Of a DNA stretch of 64,000 bases, positions 48,167 to 61,544 are shown piece by piece (position 1 is the first letter of the stretch; the number at the start of each line of letters is the position of its first letter). The translations under genes were made by a program, and so were the position numbers. The notes under the pieces were generated by a model. It had not been told where the DNA came from and searched no databases. It saw nothing but the letters and a program-made list of their open reading frames with translations. The DNA comes from Octopus sinensis (lineage: Eukaryota), in contig NC_043014.1 of NCBI RefSeq assembly GCF_006345805.1, forward strand, positions 40,982,001 through 41,046,000, in the 5' to 3' direction.

Positions 48167-49283
48167 TATATAGTTTACTGTTCCGTTAAGGTAGGATTAG
48201 CATAAAATGACACCATCCAGTGAGAGATAAATATCATTTAATGTAGACTGCATTTAAAATAAGAGTTACAAATAGTTACTTGCCATTGAGACACGTGGTT
48301 AGGCAGATTTTTATACCTTGCCTTGTGTCTCTAAGCAATATTCATGCTCTTGGCATATAGTTTGTTTTATTTGAAAATCAGAAAGCTAGCATATGAGAAT
48401 CCATGAGAAGAAAAAAAATCGAGAAGTTGATGCAAAAAGCGGAATGCAAAGACAAAAGACGAAAAATAAAAAAACCGGAAAATACTTCTACTTTCATCAC
48501 ATAAAAAACTAATTACGATAGTTACTATTTTTTAAAAAATCCTACATAACTGGTATATTGGATATATAAGGTAGCATCACTAAATTATTAGAATTGTTTT
48601 CACTCTTAGACAAATTTCACACTTTTTCACGTAAATAAATAAAGTAATCGGAGAAATTGCGATAAACACAAATATATATTATTAGCGTTCTTGTTGTTTG
48701 GAACTCTGCATTTGTTGTTCTAAGTGCAACTGGTTGCTCAACCACAACGGATAATCAGGGAAAACTTTATTTCATTATATTACAGAGAAATAATGTAACT
48801 AAATAAAGGAATATAAAAAACATTTATTATTATACCAATCCTTTGTGAACTTTTCGTGAAATGATATTTGGTTAATGGTGTAAAATCTAGTTTTACCTAC
48901 AATAGCACAATTTATGGTCAACATTTCAAGTCTAATCAAACGGTCTTGTTCCACAGGTGAACGGTTTTATTTTTAATCTGCTTCTAAGCGTTGAGACTCC
49001 TTTTCCCCGGAAGCAACAGATGTTGGTAGACTTTAAAAATATATTCTCAATGCAATCATAACATATGAAAATATTCCAGTGAATAGCAAAGTTAGAATCA
49101 CCGGTGGTAATTTGTTTAGCATTTGATCTAGCTTACACTTTATTAAATGCATTCATTTAAAAAATAGAATCTCTTTTCAAAGTTCATCAGTTAGATTATT
49201 AAATTGTCAAAGAAATACAAAGCGGACACTTATCAAATGCATTGACTCAAATCTTAGTTCAAGCTCACGTACTTTAAACAGAA

Positions 49284-49804
49284 TCTATATCTATAAAAGG
49301 CAAGATGTGTGTGTGTGTGTACGTGAATGTACTTTATGCACATCCACAAATTAGCATGCATGTCGCTCCAATTTTAGGAGGACATTGGTTACGACCATGG
49401 CTGTGCTTTTGTCAACTTATTTTTCCCCGAATAGCGGTAAAATTAGCTTTTCAACCATAACTTTTACCAATTTTCCCCGTTGGTGAAATCCGCAAGTTTG
49501 CTAACATGAGTTAAGTCCCCTGTCTTATAGATTAATTCATCCTACTACAATGCCCCCGAAAAAGATTGGATTTGGACTACCTAAGCAATCTCAGCATAGG
49601 AAAAGAGAGAGAGCTGAAGAGCCGGACTATCAGCACACCCATTTGTAAAATAATATAACTTTTTGGGCCGAAACCTGGCAATGAGAGCTTGCAGATATTC
49701 CGCTACAAAACGTTCAATAATATCAAAGAAGTAACTTTCATAAATCAGGGTATAATTTTTGAGGACTCTTTCTGAACCCAGTCAACGACGGGCATTTCTG
49801 CTAG
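49284..49804 (+). mobile_element. Non-autonomous Helitron inserted in the hAT fossil
   Basis: A|TC 5' end, hairpin CCCAGTC-AAC-GACGGG at 49777-49792, CTAG|T 3' end. Confidence 0.75.
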
Positions 49805-49989
49805 TCGATTATAAGAAGACAAAAAGACATTCGCTTTGTAATGGTGCCCGGCTGTAGACTGAGCTGGTAATGTACAACCAGTGAAGAATTCGGATGAAAT
49901 TCCAATGTTCTCTGCTAATAGTTTGGATGCTTTTAGGTTTGAAGTTAATTATTCTTAGTTTTATCGAATGCAATTCATAAGACTGCCAA

Positions 49990-50222
49990 TGTTTATTTCT
50001 TTATTGCCCACAAGGGGCTAAACATAGGAGGGACAAACAAGGACAGACAAAGGGATTAAGTCGATTACATCGACCCAGTGCGTAACTGGTACTTGATTTA
50101 TCGACCCCGAAAGGATGAAAGGCAAAGTCGACCTCGGCGGAATTTGAACTCAGAACGTAGCGCCAGACAAAATACGGCTGCGCATTTCGCCCGGCGTGCT
50201 AACGTTTCTGCCAGCTCGCTGC
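49990..50222 (-). mobile_element. SINE family B inserted in the hAT fossil
   Basis: Full head and body on the minus strand. Confidence 0.85.
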
Positions 50223-50890
50223 CAAGACTGACAGTGTTATCCTTCTCAGTATTAATTCTACAGTTGCATGCTTCAGTTATCAGATTTATTTGGTTGATCA
50301 TTGTCAGTACCTTTAATGATGAAGATAATAACAGAATGCACTGAAATGTAGACATGTATTTAAAAATGTTTATCTATTTCAGTTCGAGCCTATATAGTTA
50401 GATTTAGGTATTCAAGCTCAGTTGATGTTTTTCTGATGGCGTGTACATGTTGTGCAATAGGTTTAACATTGTTGGAACGAACAGACCACCTGGTCCTGAA
50501 CTTGTTACGCAAATAAACATAACTTCAGAATTTACCACATTACTGGTCTGCTGCTCAACATTTTGTTCATTGGTCGAATTGTTCCCAAGTACACAGCTGC
50601 TTCCTTGCATGGCTCAGTACAGCTAAAACCAAAATTTTGTTTATAGCCAGAGTAAATTCATTTTTAATTAAGCTCTGTTGAACTTAATTATAACTTCCAC
50701 ACATTTGATCCATTATCATAGGTTATCCGTTGCATATGGGAAAATCAAGCTTAACGATTTTCTGAAATAGTATTTGAGCGGCAATTTAATTTTCATTTTC
50801 TATTGGGAAATTACAAAATAACATGAACTTCTTAAAATTGTAAGTATTGAACTACCAACTGTTCTTGCTTTCCAAATGGTTGCAAGAATG

Positions 50891-51212
50891 GTTGCATAGT
50901 TGCATATCATAAATGAGAATTCATTATGGGCATAAAAGAAGCTAAATTGAATAGATATCAGCAATTAAACAGCATCAACTGGGAGATTAATTGATAATTC
51001 ATTAACTGAGCTAAGGATAGTAGCTAATACCTGAAAGCAGTCAAATGAGAAATGTTTAAATGTTACTTTGTCTGGTCGTTTGTTCTTCTTTGTATGAATA
51101 ATCTGGCGTGACATCGACAATTGTTGATCAATATCTAGCATTTCAAATCTCATCAAGGATTTTCATTAGTGCAAATTTTCCGCAAACCTCAAAGAATTCG
51201 TTTAGAGTGTAC

Positions 51213-51251
<39 letters not shown>

Positions 51252-51596
51252 AGCCTTGAATTCTCTTAAGATGTTTTTGTGATTCTCGCTCCAGTTTTAG
51301 ATGTTCAGCAAAAAGTGGGTCATATTTGCTGAGAAGTCCAATGATGTCAAGAAAGTTTCCATCGTTTCAGTCACAAGATCGTTGTCTGGACTAAGAAAAG
51401 CTAATCCACGCTCAGACCAAGTAACATTTAAACATTTCTCATTTGACTGTTCTCAGGTATTAGCTCCTATATTTAGCTCAGTTAATAAATTATCAATTAA
51501 TCTCCCAGTTGATGCTGCTTAATTGCTGATATCTATTCAATTTAATTTCTTTTATACCCATAATGAATTCTCATTTGTGATATTCAACTATGCAAC
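50891..51596. repeat. Inverted duplication of about 183 bp within the hAT coding region
   Basis: 50891-51073 is an inverted copy of 51413-51596. The ORF track shows the same peptide on both strands. Confidence 0.85.
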
Positions 51597-52259
51597 TTAT
51601 CATCTTCCTTCAACCATAATAAATATTCTGGTCAGGATGTCCTGAGATTATTGTACAAGTTTCATTGAAAAAAAGCAAGGGACACAGCACAAAGACTGCT
51701 TTTCGACGATCTAATATATCCGGTGTCTTGAACAGGTTTTACCATTTAGAAAAAGGCCATAGACAATATGCAAAAGAATATTTATCAGAATGTCGAAGAG
51801 TGCTTTTTTTTTTCTTCGGATTTCAAAACCATTTCGTGAAGACAGTGCATTTGATCTACATTGATTTTATCAATAATTCCAATATCAAGAAAAGTCAAAA
51901 CAGAAGCATTCGTGGGTCGCTGCTCTGCTCTTCCTGCTCACTTGATATTTTAACTGGAATTTCTGCATCAGTTGATATCTGTGGCCCGGCCTACATCGTA
52001 TGTTTCTCTTGCTGTTGGTATTTCAGAACTAGTTACAATTCCATTTTTTTGCTGATGGAGTCAGAAACTGAATTATTGTTGGTAAGCTGTTAACAGTTGA
52101 ATTATTCAATAGCTTCCACCATCTCTTGCTTTTTTTTTTACTTTCCAGCTTTCTCTTCAGACGTAAACAATATTATTTGGAAAGCAAAGCATAAATTTTC
52201 TTCCTTTTCTTTTTTTTTGTAATATTGATAGTATGTAATATAAAAAATACAAGATTAAG

Positions 52260-52261
52260 AT

Positions 52262-52292
<31 letters not shown>

Positions 52293-52520
52293 AAGAAGAA
52301 GAAGAAGAAGAAGGAGACGAAGAAGAAGAAGAAGAAGAAGAAGGAAAAGAAGAAGAAGGAGAAGAAGAAGGAGACGAAGAAGAAGAAGAAGAAGGAGAAG
52401 AAGAAGGAGACGAAGAAGAAGAAGAAGAAGAAGAAAGAAGAAGAAGAAGAAGAAGAATAATAATAAGAAGAAGAACAACAACAACAACAACAACAACGAC
52501 GACAACAACAACAACAAAAG
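52260..52520. repeat. (AAG)n/(AAT)/(AAC)n compound microsatellite
   Basis: Directly visible. Source of the poly-R, poly-L and poly-S ORFs. Confidence 0.95.
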
Positions 52521-53019
52521 TATAATGAATATCTTTCATGCAGAATAAATATTGCAAAGAATGTTATTTCTTAATTTTCCTTCGCCGTACAAAAAAGTCT
52601 AAGCTTTATGAAAAATCGATTAATCGGTAAATAACCGATTGTGAAAGTTCCAGACAAATATCAACCAATTTCAATAAATCTTAAAACGTAATACGAATAT
52701 TCTCCAGTTAAAACGTTGTTTCGTAATGTCACTCGAGATGCGAGATTATGGTGCAGAGTCTGCAGCTAGCACTTGTCCTAGAAGGGAAATGCGATTGTGT
52801 TGTGCTGAGGCTACGAGGTGCTCTGCGTTAGAGCTAATGATAGTTTGTAATTTGCCTTTTAAATCAAAATAGCAGCCACGTTTCTAGATTCAAATTGCTA
52901 CAAATTAAAGACGTGACGAACAGTGAAAAATGAAAATGTCTGGTTAGAAGTTGAATATAGTTGTGAGACGTGTTTGAAGTTGTGATAAATGCCAAAAGGC
53001 TCCTGTGTCCCATCTCTGA

Positions 53020-53600
53020 TTGGTTATGTGGACTCTTGCCTCAGAGAAATTCGATGAAAGCACTGTTGTTCTAGATATCAGTTAAGCTTTCGACTGTCTT
53101 TTACGCTCAAACTTCCTACCGAAACATGCCGTCAAAAGGCTCCATCCATTTGTCAACTCTATGATCGGTAGCTTCCTACGAGATCACACCTTCGCAGTAT
53201 GTATTGACAGAATTCGTTGGGTCCTACTCTAAGTCAAGTCTCGTAAACTTCAGGTTTTAGTTTTGTCTCCTACTCTGTCTGTCTGTCTGTCTGTTTCTCC
53301 CGCTCTTTCACTCTCTTCACATATAACAATTTCGCCCCAACCATGCATCATTCAATGCAACCGAGACACAACACGCCAAATCTGAACTGATTCCATATTG
53401 AAAAATATCTTTTAGGGTCACGCCAATCTTGTCTCAATAAACTCTGATACCCGAAGTTGGCTGATCATGTAACTCCTCCCTCAGACATCTTCAATCTAAT
53501 GGTCCCTCCTACCCTCATTTCTCTTGTAGTGTCTAGAATATTTATCTCCAGGACAACGACTCTCTGAAATCTTCTCCCTTTTGATGTCTTTCCTGCGGAT
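53020..53600 (+). pseudogene. Highly decayed non-LTR reverse transcriptase fragment (Jockey/CR1-type)
   Basis: VLDIS*AFD (cf. ALDISKAFD), LHPFVNSMIGSFLRDHTFAVCID, VLSPTL, GHANLVSIN. Confidence 0.6.
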
Positions 53601-53705
53601 GTCATGTTGCAACAGTCTGAACGAAATATTTACGGTATCAATGTTATCAGTCCTGTGAGGTGGGAATTTCAAAGGGCATAAATACTGCCCCTTTCTTCAA
53701 AGAGT

Positions 53706-53755
<50 letters not shown>

Positions 53756-53849
53756 ATACATACATACATTCATATATACATACATACATACATGACATAC
53801 ATACCTATCTACATATATGCGTACATACATATTTAAAAAAATTTTTATG

Positions 53850-54150
53850 CGCCCTTTTCAAGCATAGCCAGGCTCATGGGCCCAGTTTCCCGGTTTCTGT
53901 GGCGTATGTGTTCCCCCCAGCTGGACGGGACACCAGTCCATCACAGCGTTCCTGAAGAAACAAGAAGAGAGAGTGAGAGAAAGTTGTGGCGAAAGAGTAC
54001 AACAGGGGTCACTCCCCCACCCCACCGGAGCCACGTGGAGCTTTTGGGTATTTTCGCTCAATAAACACACACAACGCCCGGTCTGGGAATCGAAACCGCG
54101 ATCCTCCGACCGCGAGTCCGCTACTCTAACGACTGGGCCATTGCGCCTCC
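53850..54150 (-). mobile_element. SINE family C (variant 3' end)
   Basis: Family-C head on the minus strand. Its 3' part is shared with 30400-30520 and 61951-62190. Confidence 0.85.
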
Positions 54151-54914
54151 ACGTACATACAAATACATACCTATATATATATGTATATATTTATGTATAA
54201 ATACACATACATACACACACATAAAACTATATATATATATGTATATATATGTATATATATGTATATATATGTATATATGTGTGTATGTGTATGTATGTAT
54301 GTATGCATGCATGCGTATGTACATGTAATATATAATGACGACAGTGAAGGCAACCATTCTGAGAATACCAATCGCCGACTATCCTTCGTTGTGGGATTAT
54401 CATTTTTTGGGGACTCACAGCCCCAGGCGAATCTGAAGGGGCGGGCGTCACTCTCGTCAACCTTCATGAATTTTATTAGGGGAAGAGCAGTTCAGTCCTT
54501 CACCTCCACCGGTAGATAGGTCTTTAAAAAAAAAAAAGTTAATTAAATGTTTCGTAGGAAAAGAAAAAAAAAATCTGTCCTCCGCCCTCTCAAGTCTCAG
54601 TTCATAATAAATACAACATATTTCACTAGATACAGAAATACAAGAATAAAAGCCTCTGGCCTACTTTGCAAAAGAATGCGACGGGAATTTTTTTCAAAAA
54701 AATGAACTTAGCTGACGGCCGCATCCATCCTACACGTTATAAGCAACAGTCCAGCATAATACCACTGGTCGTCTTCAGAGACTAGACAAGCGAGTTTAAA
54801 GTACAGACGTGACGAAAAGTTTGGAGAATAGCTCTGAAAATTAGACTTTTTATATTAAATACCCATTGTTGTATTTAATTTGCAATATCTTATTACTTGA
54901 TTAAAAGCTTGGAA

Positions 54915-55335
54915 CAAAGGCTGTGTGGTAAGAAGCTTCCTTCTCAACCACATGGTTCCGGGTTCAGTTCAACTGCTTGGCACCTTGAGCAAGTGTCTTC
55001 TACAATAGCCTCGGGCCGACCAATGCCTTCTGAGTGGATTTGGTAGACGGAAACTGAAAGAAGCCCGTCATAATATATATGTATATATTTGCGTGTTTGT
55101 ATCTGTGTTTGTCTCTCCTCCCCGCCGATGCTGGTGTGTTTACGTCCCTGTAACTTATTTGGGCAAGTGTCTTCTGCTATAGCCTCGGGCCGACCAAAGC
55201 CTTGTTAGTAGATTTGGTTGACGGAAACTGAAAGAAGCCCGTCATAATATATATGTATATATTTGCGTGTTTCTATCTATGTTTGTCTCCCCTCCCCGCC
55301 GATGCTGGTGTGTTTACGTCCCTGTAACTTATTTT
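54915..55335 (+). mobile_element. SINE family A with an internal 174-bp tandem duplication
   Basis: 54985-55158 is repeated at 55159-55332. Confidence 0.8.
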
Positions 55336-55562
55336 TGTTTCAGTTTACGAATAAAATGAAACGTTACGTTGACAGCTGCAAGATTTGAATACGGACAGTA
55401 TTTTATGGTAATCAGATTTAAAGTGATTATCCATAAGGCTGATATTAGTTTGTAGTATATCTTTGTCCTTTTCGTTGGTTGAAATTCGTAGATTATTGTT
55501 TTATTTTCACAGTAAAGTTACAGTTTCCGACTATTAATGAAATTATATCATTTAGACGAAGT

Positions 55563-55596
<34 letters not shown>

Positions 55597-55617
55597 TGTA
55601 TGTTATGTATGTATGTA

Positions 55618-55651
<34 letters not shown>

Positions 55652-56289
55652 TATATTATATATATTACACACATACATACAACATACATACATACATTTA
55701 TATGCATGCCTTATACACATGCGGTTCGGCAAAAGAGACCGATAGAATAAGTACTAGGCTTACAAAGAATAAGTCATGGATGGGGTCGATTTGTTTGAGG
55801 GCAGACATTCTTGAAAAGCGACCGAATCTGTGGAGTAAGAGTAATCATATGCAAGTAACATTTTATTAGTGAAATAAATAAAATGATTAGTTTTGCCGAG
55901 ATGACCTCCTCCACCGTCAATGCGAATCTTAATTTTGCCGATAATGGAAGTCACGTTTAGGTTCACGTCCGTCTGATAAGAACATTTGAAAGTGAGTCAG
56001 AGTGAGCTAAAAAGAATGGAAGATCAAATTAGAGCTAATTAAAATCAGGTAAAAATCAGGTAAACAAAACCTCCCAATATCACCATAATACAAAGAAGAT
56101 AGGTGTGGTTATTTTTGCGTTACGAAATTAAAGAAATGCGAGCGGGGTGGAGGGCTGAAAAGAAAATACGGGAGGATCAGTTAATTATGAATTTGTTTAA
56201 CATAATTCCTCTCTCAGATTTACAGGTCGATATAAAGATCCTCATCCGGGAACAAAAAAACAAACAAAAAAAGAAAAAAAAAAACAGTA

Positions 56290-56680
56290 TAGGCGCAGGA
56301 GTGGCTGTGTGGTAAGTAGCTTGCTAACCAACCACATGGTTCCGGGTTCATCCCACTGCGTGGCATCTTGGGCAAGTGTCTTCGACCAATGCCTTGTGAG
56401 TGGATTTGGTAGACGGAAACTGAAAAAACCTGTCGTAATATATATATATTTAATATATATTCTGTGGTTTGTTTGTTTGTTTGTCGTGTTTGTTCCCCTA
56501 GCATGTTTTTACAACCGTGCTGGTGTGTTTACGGTGGTCACTTATCGGTTCGGCAAAAGAACCGATAAATAAGTACTGGGCTTATCAAAGAATAAGTCCC
56601 GGGGTCGATTTGCTCGACTAAAGCGGTGCTTCGCATGGCCTCAGTCAAATGACGTGAAACAAGTTAAAAGAGAAAAGAAA
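56290..56680 (+). mobile_element. SINE family A, full length
   Basis: Family-A head, body and tail. Confidence 0.85.
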
Positions 56681-56711
56681 GAGAGTATGCGGGAGGTGTT
56701 AACAAGTATGT

Positions 56712-57473
56712 GGAAAACGAATATTAAAAAAAAATTGCGCGCTGACGACCCTGGGGGTAGGGTGGGGAGGGGAATTTCGTAAAATTCATAAGATCCGATT
56801 TTTCCGTCATAATTTCCGGTAAAATGGATATATATTGATCTTTTTTTTTTTTTTACGGTATCCCACGTTTTTGGTTATGGAAGATCCATTTCTGAAAAAA
56901 AAAAAAAAAATTCAAAAAATCGAATTTTCAAAATTTCAATTACCACCCCGCCTTTCTTCATCCCTCCCACCACCCCTCACTTCCCCTTCCCTCCACTCTC
57001 TTCCCACATAGATTGGTGGAAAAAAATTCGAAAAAAGTTTTTTTTTAAAAGTTTGAAAAAACAAAAAGACCACTTTAATTCCACATGAATTACTTTGTCG
57101 TATTACTGCGGGAAATTACCCTGAAAGAAATCTTTGCAGAAAGGTGAGTAGATTGATTGCATTAAGCTATCGCAGTTTTGTGAGATTTGGCTGTTATTTC
57201 TAGCATGTGGATAGCCTGCTTGAGGGCCTGAAGGAAAAGTGAAAAATAAGGAGAGGAGGTGGTAACTGAAATTTTGAAAATGCGATTTTTTGACATTGTT
57301 TTTTCAGAATCGGATTCTCCATAACAAAAAAAAACGCGAGATTCCTTAAAAAAGATCAATATATATCCATTTTACCGGAAGTTATGACAGAAAAATCGGG
57401 TCTTGTGAATTTTCCGAAAGTCCCCTCCCCTCTAGGGTCGTCAGCGCACATTTTTTTTTCATATTCGTTTTCC
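56712..57473. mobile_element. MITE-like element with inverted arms of about 180 bp, superfamily undetermined
   Basis: GGAAAACGAATAT...TTCCGGTAAAATGGATATATATTGATC is matched in reverse at 57298-57473; no TSD identified. Confidence 0.7.
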
Positions 57474-57661
57474 TAACGTTCCCTTTGGCTCAAATAGCTA
57501 AGATACAGGGACGTGAACAAACAAACACCGGTTGTCAAGCAGTGGTGGTGGACAAACACAGACACAAACAGACAGACACACACACACACACACACACATA
57601 ACTCTCCCTCTGTCCCTCTGTTTCTCTCTCTCCCTTTGTCTCACTGTCTATCTGTCTCCCC

Positions 57662-57699
<38 letters not shown>

Positions 57700-57778
57700 G
57701 ATTTTTGCCATGCTGGACCGGTGAAATCTACAAGTTTTTTTCATTCTCTCTCTGTATATTTTCTTTTATTCCTTTCTG

Positions 57779-57803
57779 CTGAAGAGCGTAGGCTCGAAAC
57801 GTA
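57779..57803 (+). ncRNA. Minimal hammerhead-like motif
   Basis: CTGAAGA-GCGTAGGCTC-GAAACGTA: intact core, palindromic ACGT stem III and GUA triplet, but weak stem I. Confidence 0.45.
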
Positions 57804-57915
57804 AAAGACTTTTTCATTTTTGCCGAGCGTCAAACTAATACACTTGCTTGTTGTTCATACAACTGTCTTCGTCTTTCGTTTTTCTATAAATTTCAACTCT
57901 CTCTCCCTCCCTCCC

Positions 57916-57954
<39 letters not shown>

Positions 57955-59185
57955 GTAAACTAATTGAGATTCAGATGAATTAGGTACTTATGTTGAAACA
58001 CTAAAAATCAGTGCGGTATTGTCCCTACAACTTCAATATAAAGTGAATAAAATCAAAATAAGCAACAGGATATCCAGAGGCGATGCAGTACGACTGTTTC
58101 AAGCGGCTCCATTTAATTGAACAATGCAATCATTACATCAATTTAAATACAGGGCTATCCTCAGTTGCATGAATAAATAAATAGAATTTTTTAATCAATC
58201 GGACACATTTGTATAATTTTACATAAATGGGAAAGACCACACACACCACACACACACACACACATACACACATACACACATACATGACGGGATTCTTTCC
58301 GTTTCCGTCTACCAAATCCACTCACAAAACCTTGGTCGGCCTGAGGCTATAGTAGAAGACACTTGCCCATGGTACTACGCGGTCGGACTGAACCCAGAAA
58401 CAGATTTCTTACCACACAGCCACGCCTGCACCTATACTGCATATATTGTATGTTTACTAAGTGATACGCTCATCATTACTTCGGTGAGTGTGGTGAAGTG
58501 TATGCGTAGGTGAAAAGGTGTAATAAAACCAAAACATGTCCAGGGTTCTCTCGTACTTGCCAGAGTAATTAAAATAACATGTCAGCGATTAATTATGTCT
58601 TTTGCTTACCGCATAATCATTTATAATAGCGTTTTAATGTTCACTCTATTCATATATGGTTGCACTGACTTGACTGTTTGTAATGGTAGAACAGAGGAGG
58701 CTATATGAAAATTATGTAAATTTCGAAGAATACTGATAAAAATTTCTTTGATGGTGTATGATTTTCTACACCAAATTGGGAAAATGTTTCCTGTTTTGCT
58801 GTTTAATTGATGTTTTTGGAATAATGAATTGTGCTTTTAAAACGGGAGATCATGGGCCAAAAAAATCGAACAAACTTTAAAAAAATGTAAATGCAAAGTA
58901 GTTTTTATTTCTCTTTGAAGCTAGTACATAAGAATAATCGTAATATTGGTTTCAAATTTTGGAACAAGGTCAGTAATTTCGAAAGAAGTTTAAGTCGATT
59001 ATATCAATTTCAGTGCTCAACTGATCCCCATTTATCAACCCCAAAAGGATGAAAGGCAAATTCGACCTCGGCGGAATGTGAACTCAGAACGTAAAGACGG
59101 ACGAAATGCCGCTAAGCATTTTGCTCGGCGCGCTAACGATTCTACTAACTTTCCGCTTTAAAAAAAAAAGAACAAAACGCCTAAA

Positions 59186-59259
59186 CGTCCCTGGTTGGGT
59201 TCGAACCTCTAACTTTTCGGTCAACAGTCGAACGGGATAACCGGTGGAGCCGCAAAGAC
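59186..59259 (-). pseudogene. tRNA-Asn(GTT) pseudogene
   Basis: GTCTTTGCGGCTCCACCGGTTATCCCGTTCGACTGTTGACCGAAAAGTTAGAGGTTCGAACCCAACCAGGGACG: 74 nt, colinear with 42666-42739, with disrupted D-arm/A-box and stems. Confidence 0.85.
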
Positions 59260-59647
59260 AGCTGCCTGGTATGCTATCATTAACATCGAATACCAAGGCA
59301 GCGAGTTGAAAGAATCGTTAGCATGCCGGGCAAAATGCTCAGCGACATTTCGTCCGTCTTCACGTTCTGAGTTCAAGTTCCACCGAGGTCTACTTTGACT
59401 TCATTCTTTCGGGGTCGAGGAAATAAATATCAGTTGATCACTGGGGTCGATGTAATCGACTCACTCCCTTCCCAAACGTGCTGGCCTTGTGCCAAAATTT
59501 GAAACCAATATTAGCATTAAAGCCAACTGGCTGACTGGAACTAATGATGAAGGAATTCTACAGAAATTGTTTATAGAATCTATAACAGATTCCTCGACAA
59601 ATCAAGGAATCTATGCTACTTTCGATGGACATTTTATTTATTTATGT

Positions 59648-59683
<36 letters not shown>

Positions 59684-60078
59684 AGCTTAGAGAAGAAGAA
59701 GAAACGAAACCAAACGAATCGAATCGAATCGACGCGAAGGCGCTCAGTCATACAACAGTGTAATAAATAAAATATATGCATACAAACATATATGTACGTA
59801 CCTACATCTACATGTATATATACATGCATATATAAATATATATACGTGTGTACAGGAAACCACAAATAGACGTAGAACTCAACGAGAAACGAAAACGTAA
59901 AAACAGCATGGAACGGACCATTTTTTTAACAACGAAAAAACAGAGTACAAGACAACTACACAAGGAAAAATCCCCTTCATCAGCCGTCCCTAGTTCAACT
60001 CCAGCGTGTTTCGAAGGTGAGGACAGAACACGTCTCGTCGAACTAGTCCTTATATATAATATATATATATATATATAT

Positions 60079-60168
<90 letters not shown>

Positions 60169-60532
60169 CATATATATATATATACATACATATATATATA
60201 TATATATATAATATATTGTTATATTTAGGAATGGTCATATTGCCAGTTTAGCCAATAAAAACACACGCACTATATATTTGGTGTTATTTTGCTTCAGTGA
60301 TATTTATTTCTTACATTAATCTTAATCTTATTTCGGCCAAAGTTCTTTCGTCACACTCCTGTGACCGCATCAGTGGTCCTTTGTTTTCTTCTCACTTACT
60401 TGTGTCTCTCCTTACTAACCGTCAGCCATTTTGTATTTCTATTGTATGTCTTCATTTGCGCATGCTTATATCTCTATGTGCGTCTATGTTTATTTAGTGT
60501 GTGTGTGGGGGGATGCCTGTAATATTTGTATC

Positions 60533-60719
60533 GATTTTGTACCAACACGCTGAACAAGAACACGGGGGATCAATTAATAACATAGAGATTAAGATATTGT
60601 CCACACATAGAACAGATGCAACAATTAGACAAATTACAGAAGCTACACATATAATAGAAAATAAACCTAGCCTGAATAGAAAACTAGAATGGAGCAATAG
60701 CGCACACCACAACATATGA
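60533..60719 (+). pseudogene. GIY-YIG endonuclease C-terminal fragment (PLE type)
   Basis: HAEQEH...IEIKILSTH...[23 protein letters not shown] matches the PLE H...H....IL.....R.I.EA..I....P.LN motif. Confidence 0.7.
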
Positions 60720-60883
60720 CGATAGTGGATCCTGCAAACATAATAAATACACAGATAATTAAAGAAATAGAATGAATAACTATATATATGTATATGTGTA
60801 TATATATGTATATATATGTGTATGTATGTGTTATTGTGTGTGTGTATATATGTATATATATTATATGTATATATATATATATA

Positions 60884-60928
<45 letters not shown>

Positions 60929-60947
60929 CACCTACTGGTTTGGCTAC

Positions 60948-60989
60948 GCTGCATTGAAAAGGTGCAATACCCCGAAACGCGTCTGTAGC
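60948..60989 (+). other. Degenerate type I hammerhead
   Basis: Stem I GCTGCA/TGTAGC, mutated core TTGAAAA, stem II GGTG-CAA-TACC, GAAACGCGTC (palindromic ACGCGT, GUC triplet). Confidence 0.5.
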
Positions 60990-61544
60990 TGCCGGCCAAG
61001 TAGTGTGGAGCGACTGACCTCCCTTGTTCAAGGTTATATGATACAGTTTGTGTATCAATAGCTAACTTAAGGCGATGGCCTCATGGAGCTAATAAGCGGT
61101 CAGCTTTATCTTATTTTTATAGAATGCCATATTGGTATGGCGATAACTAATATTTTATATATATAGTATATAATATATATATATATATATAATATATATA
61201 TATATATAAATATATATATTTTTTTTTTTTTCATTAATTTATTATTATTATTACTAATTTTGTTGTTATACTACATACAAGCATATGTAATGATAATAAT
61301 GGGTGGATGTAAACACATGAACAAAATTAGAACAAAAGCAACAACAACCAAAACAAAATACAAATTACAAACAAGAATGTATATACCAGAAGATACAAAT
61401 ATTACAGGCATCCTCCCCACATACACACTAAATAAACATAGACGCACATAGAGATATAAGCATGCGCAAATGAAGACATACAATAGAAATACAAAATGGC
61501 TGACGGTTAGTAAGGAAGACACCAGTAAGTGAGAAGAAAACAAA

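Larger units (their letters stand above)
48800..52150 (-). pseudogene. Decayed hAT transposase (ZMYM1/TTF-zinc-finger type) hosting nested insertions
   Basis: TTF-finger-like NGKTCSRHRIY..CCVPCFFF (about 51665-51790), ERGLAF..GNFLDIIGLLSKYDP, IVDVTPD (51121-51101), TYDNGSN (about 50715), RTRWSVR (about 50490), and dimerisation-domain-like IALRIY..LPTSVASGE (about 49040). Confidence 0.8.

Noticed and set aside
49175-49200. CTGATGA...GAAA on the minus strand
   Set aside because: No stem II or stem I; lies within hAT coding remnants and is probably chance.
50891-51596. Independent MITE with 183-bp TIRs
   Set aside because: The arms and spacer translate as contiguous hAT transposase, so it is an internal inverted duplication.
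52173-52557. Poly-Arg ORF resembling a protamine
   Set aside because: Translation of (AAG)n; all frames are low complexity.
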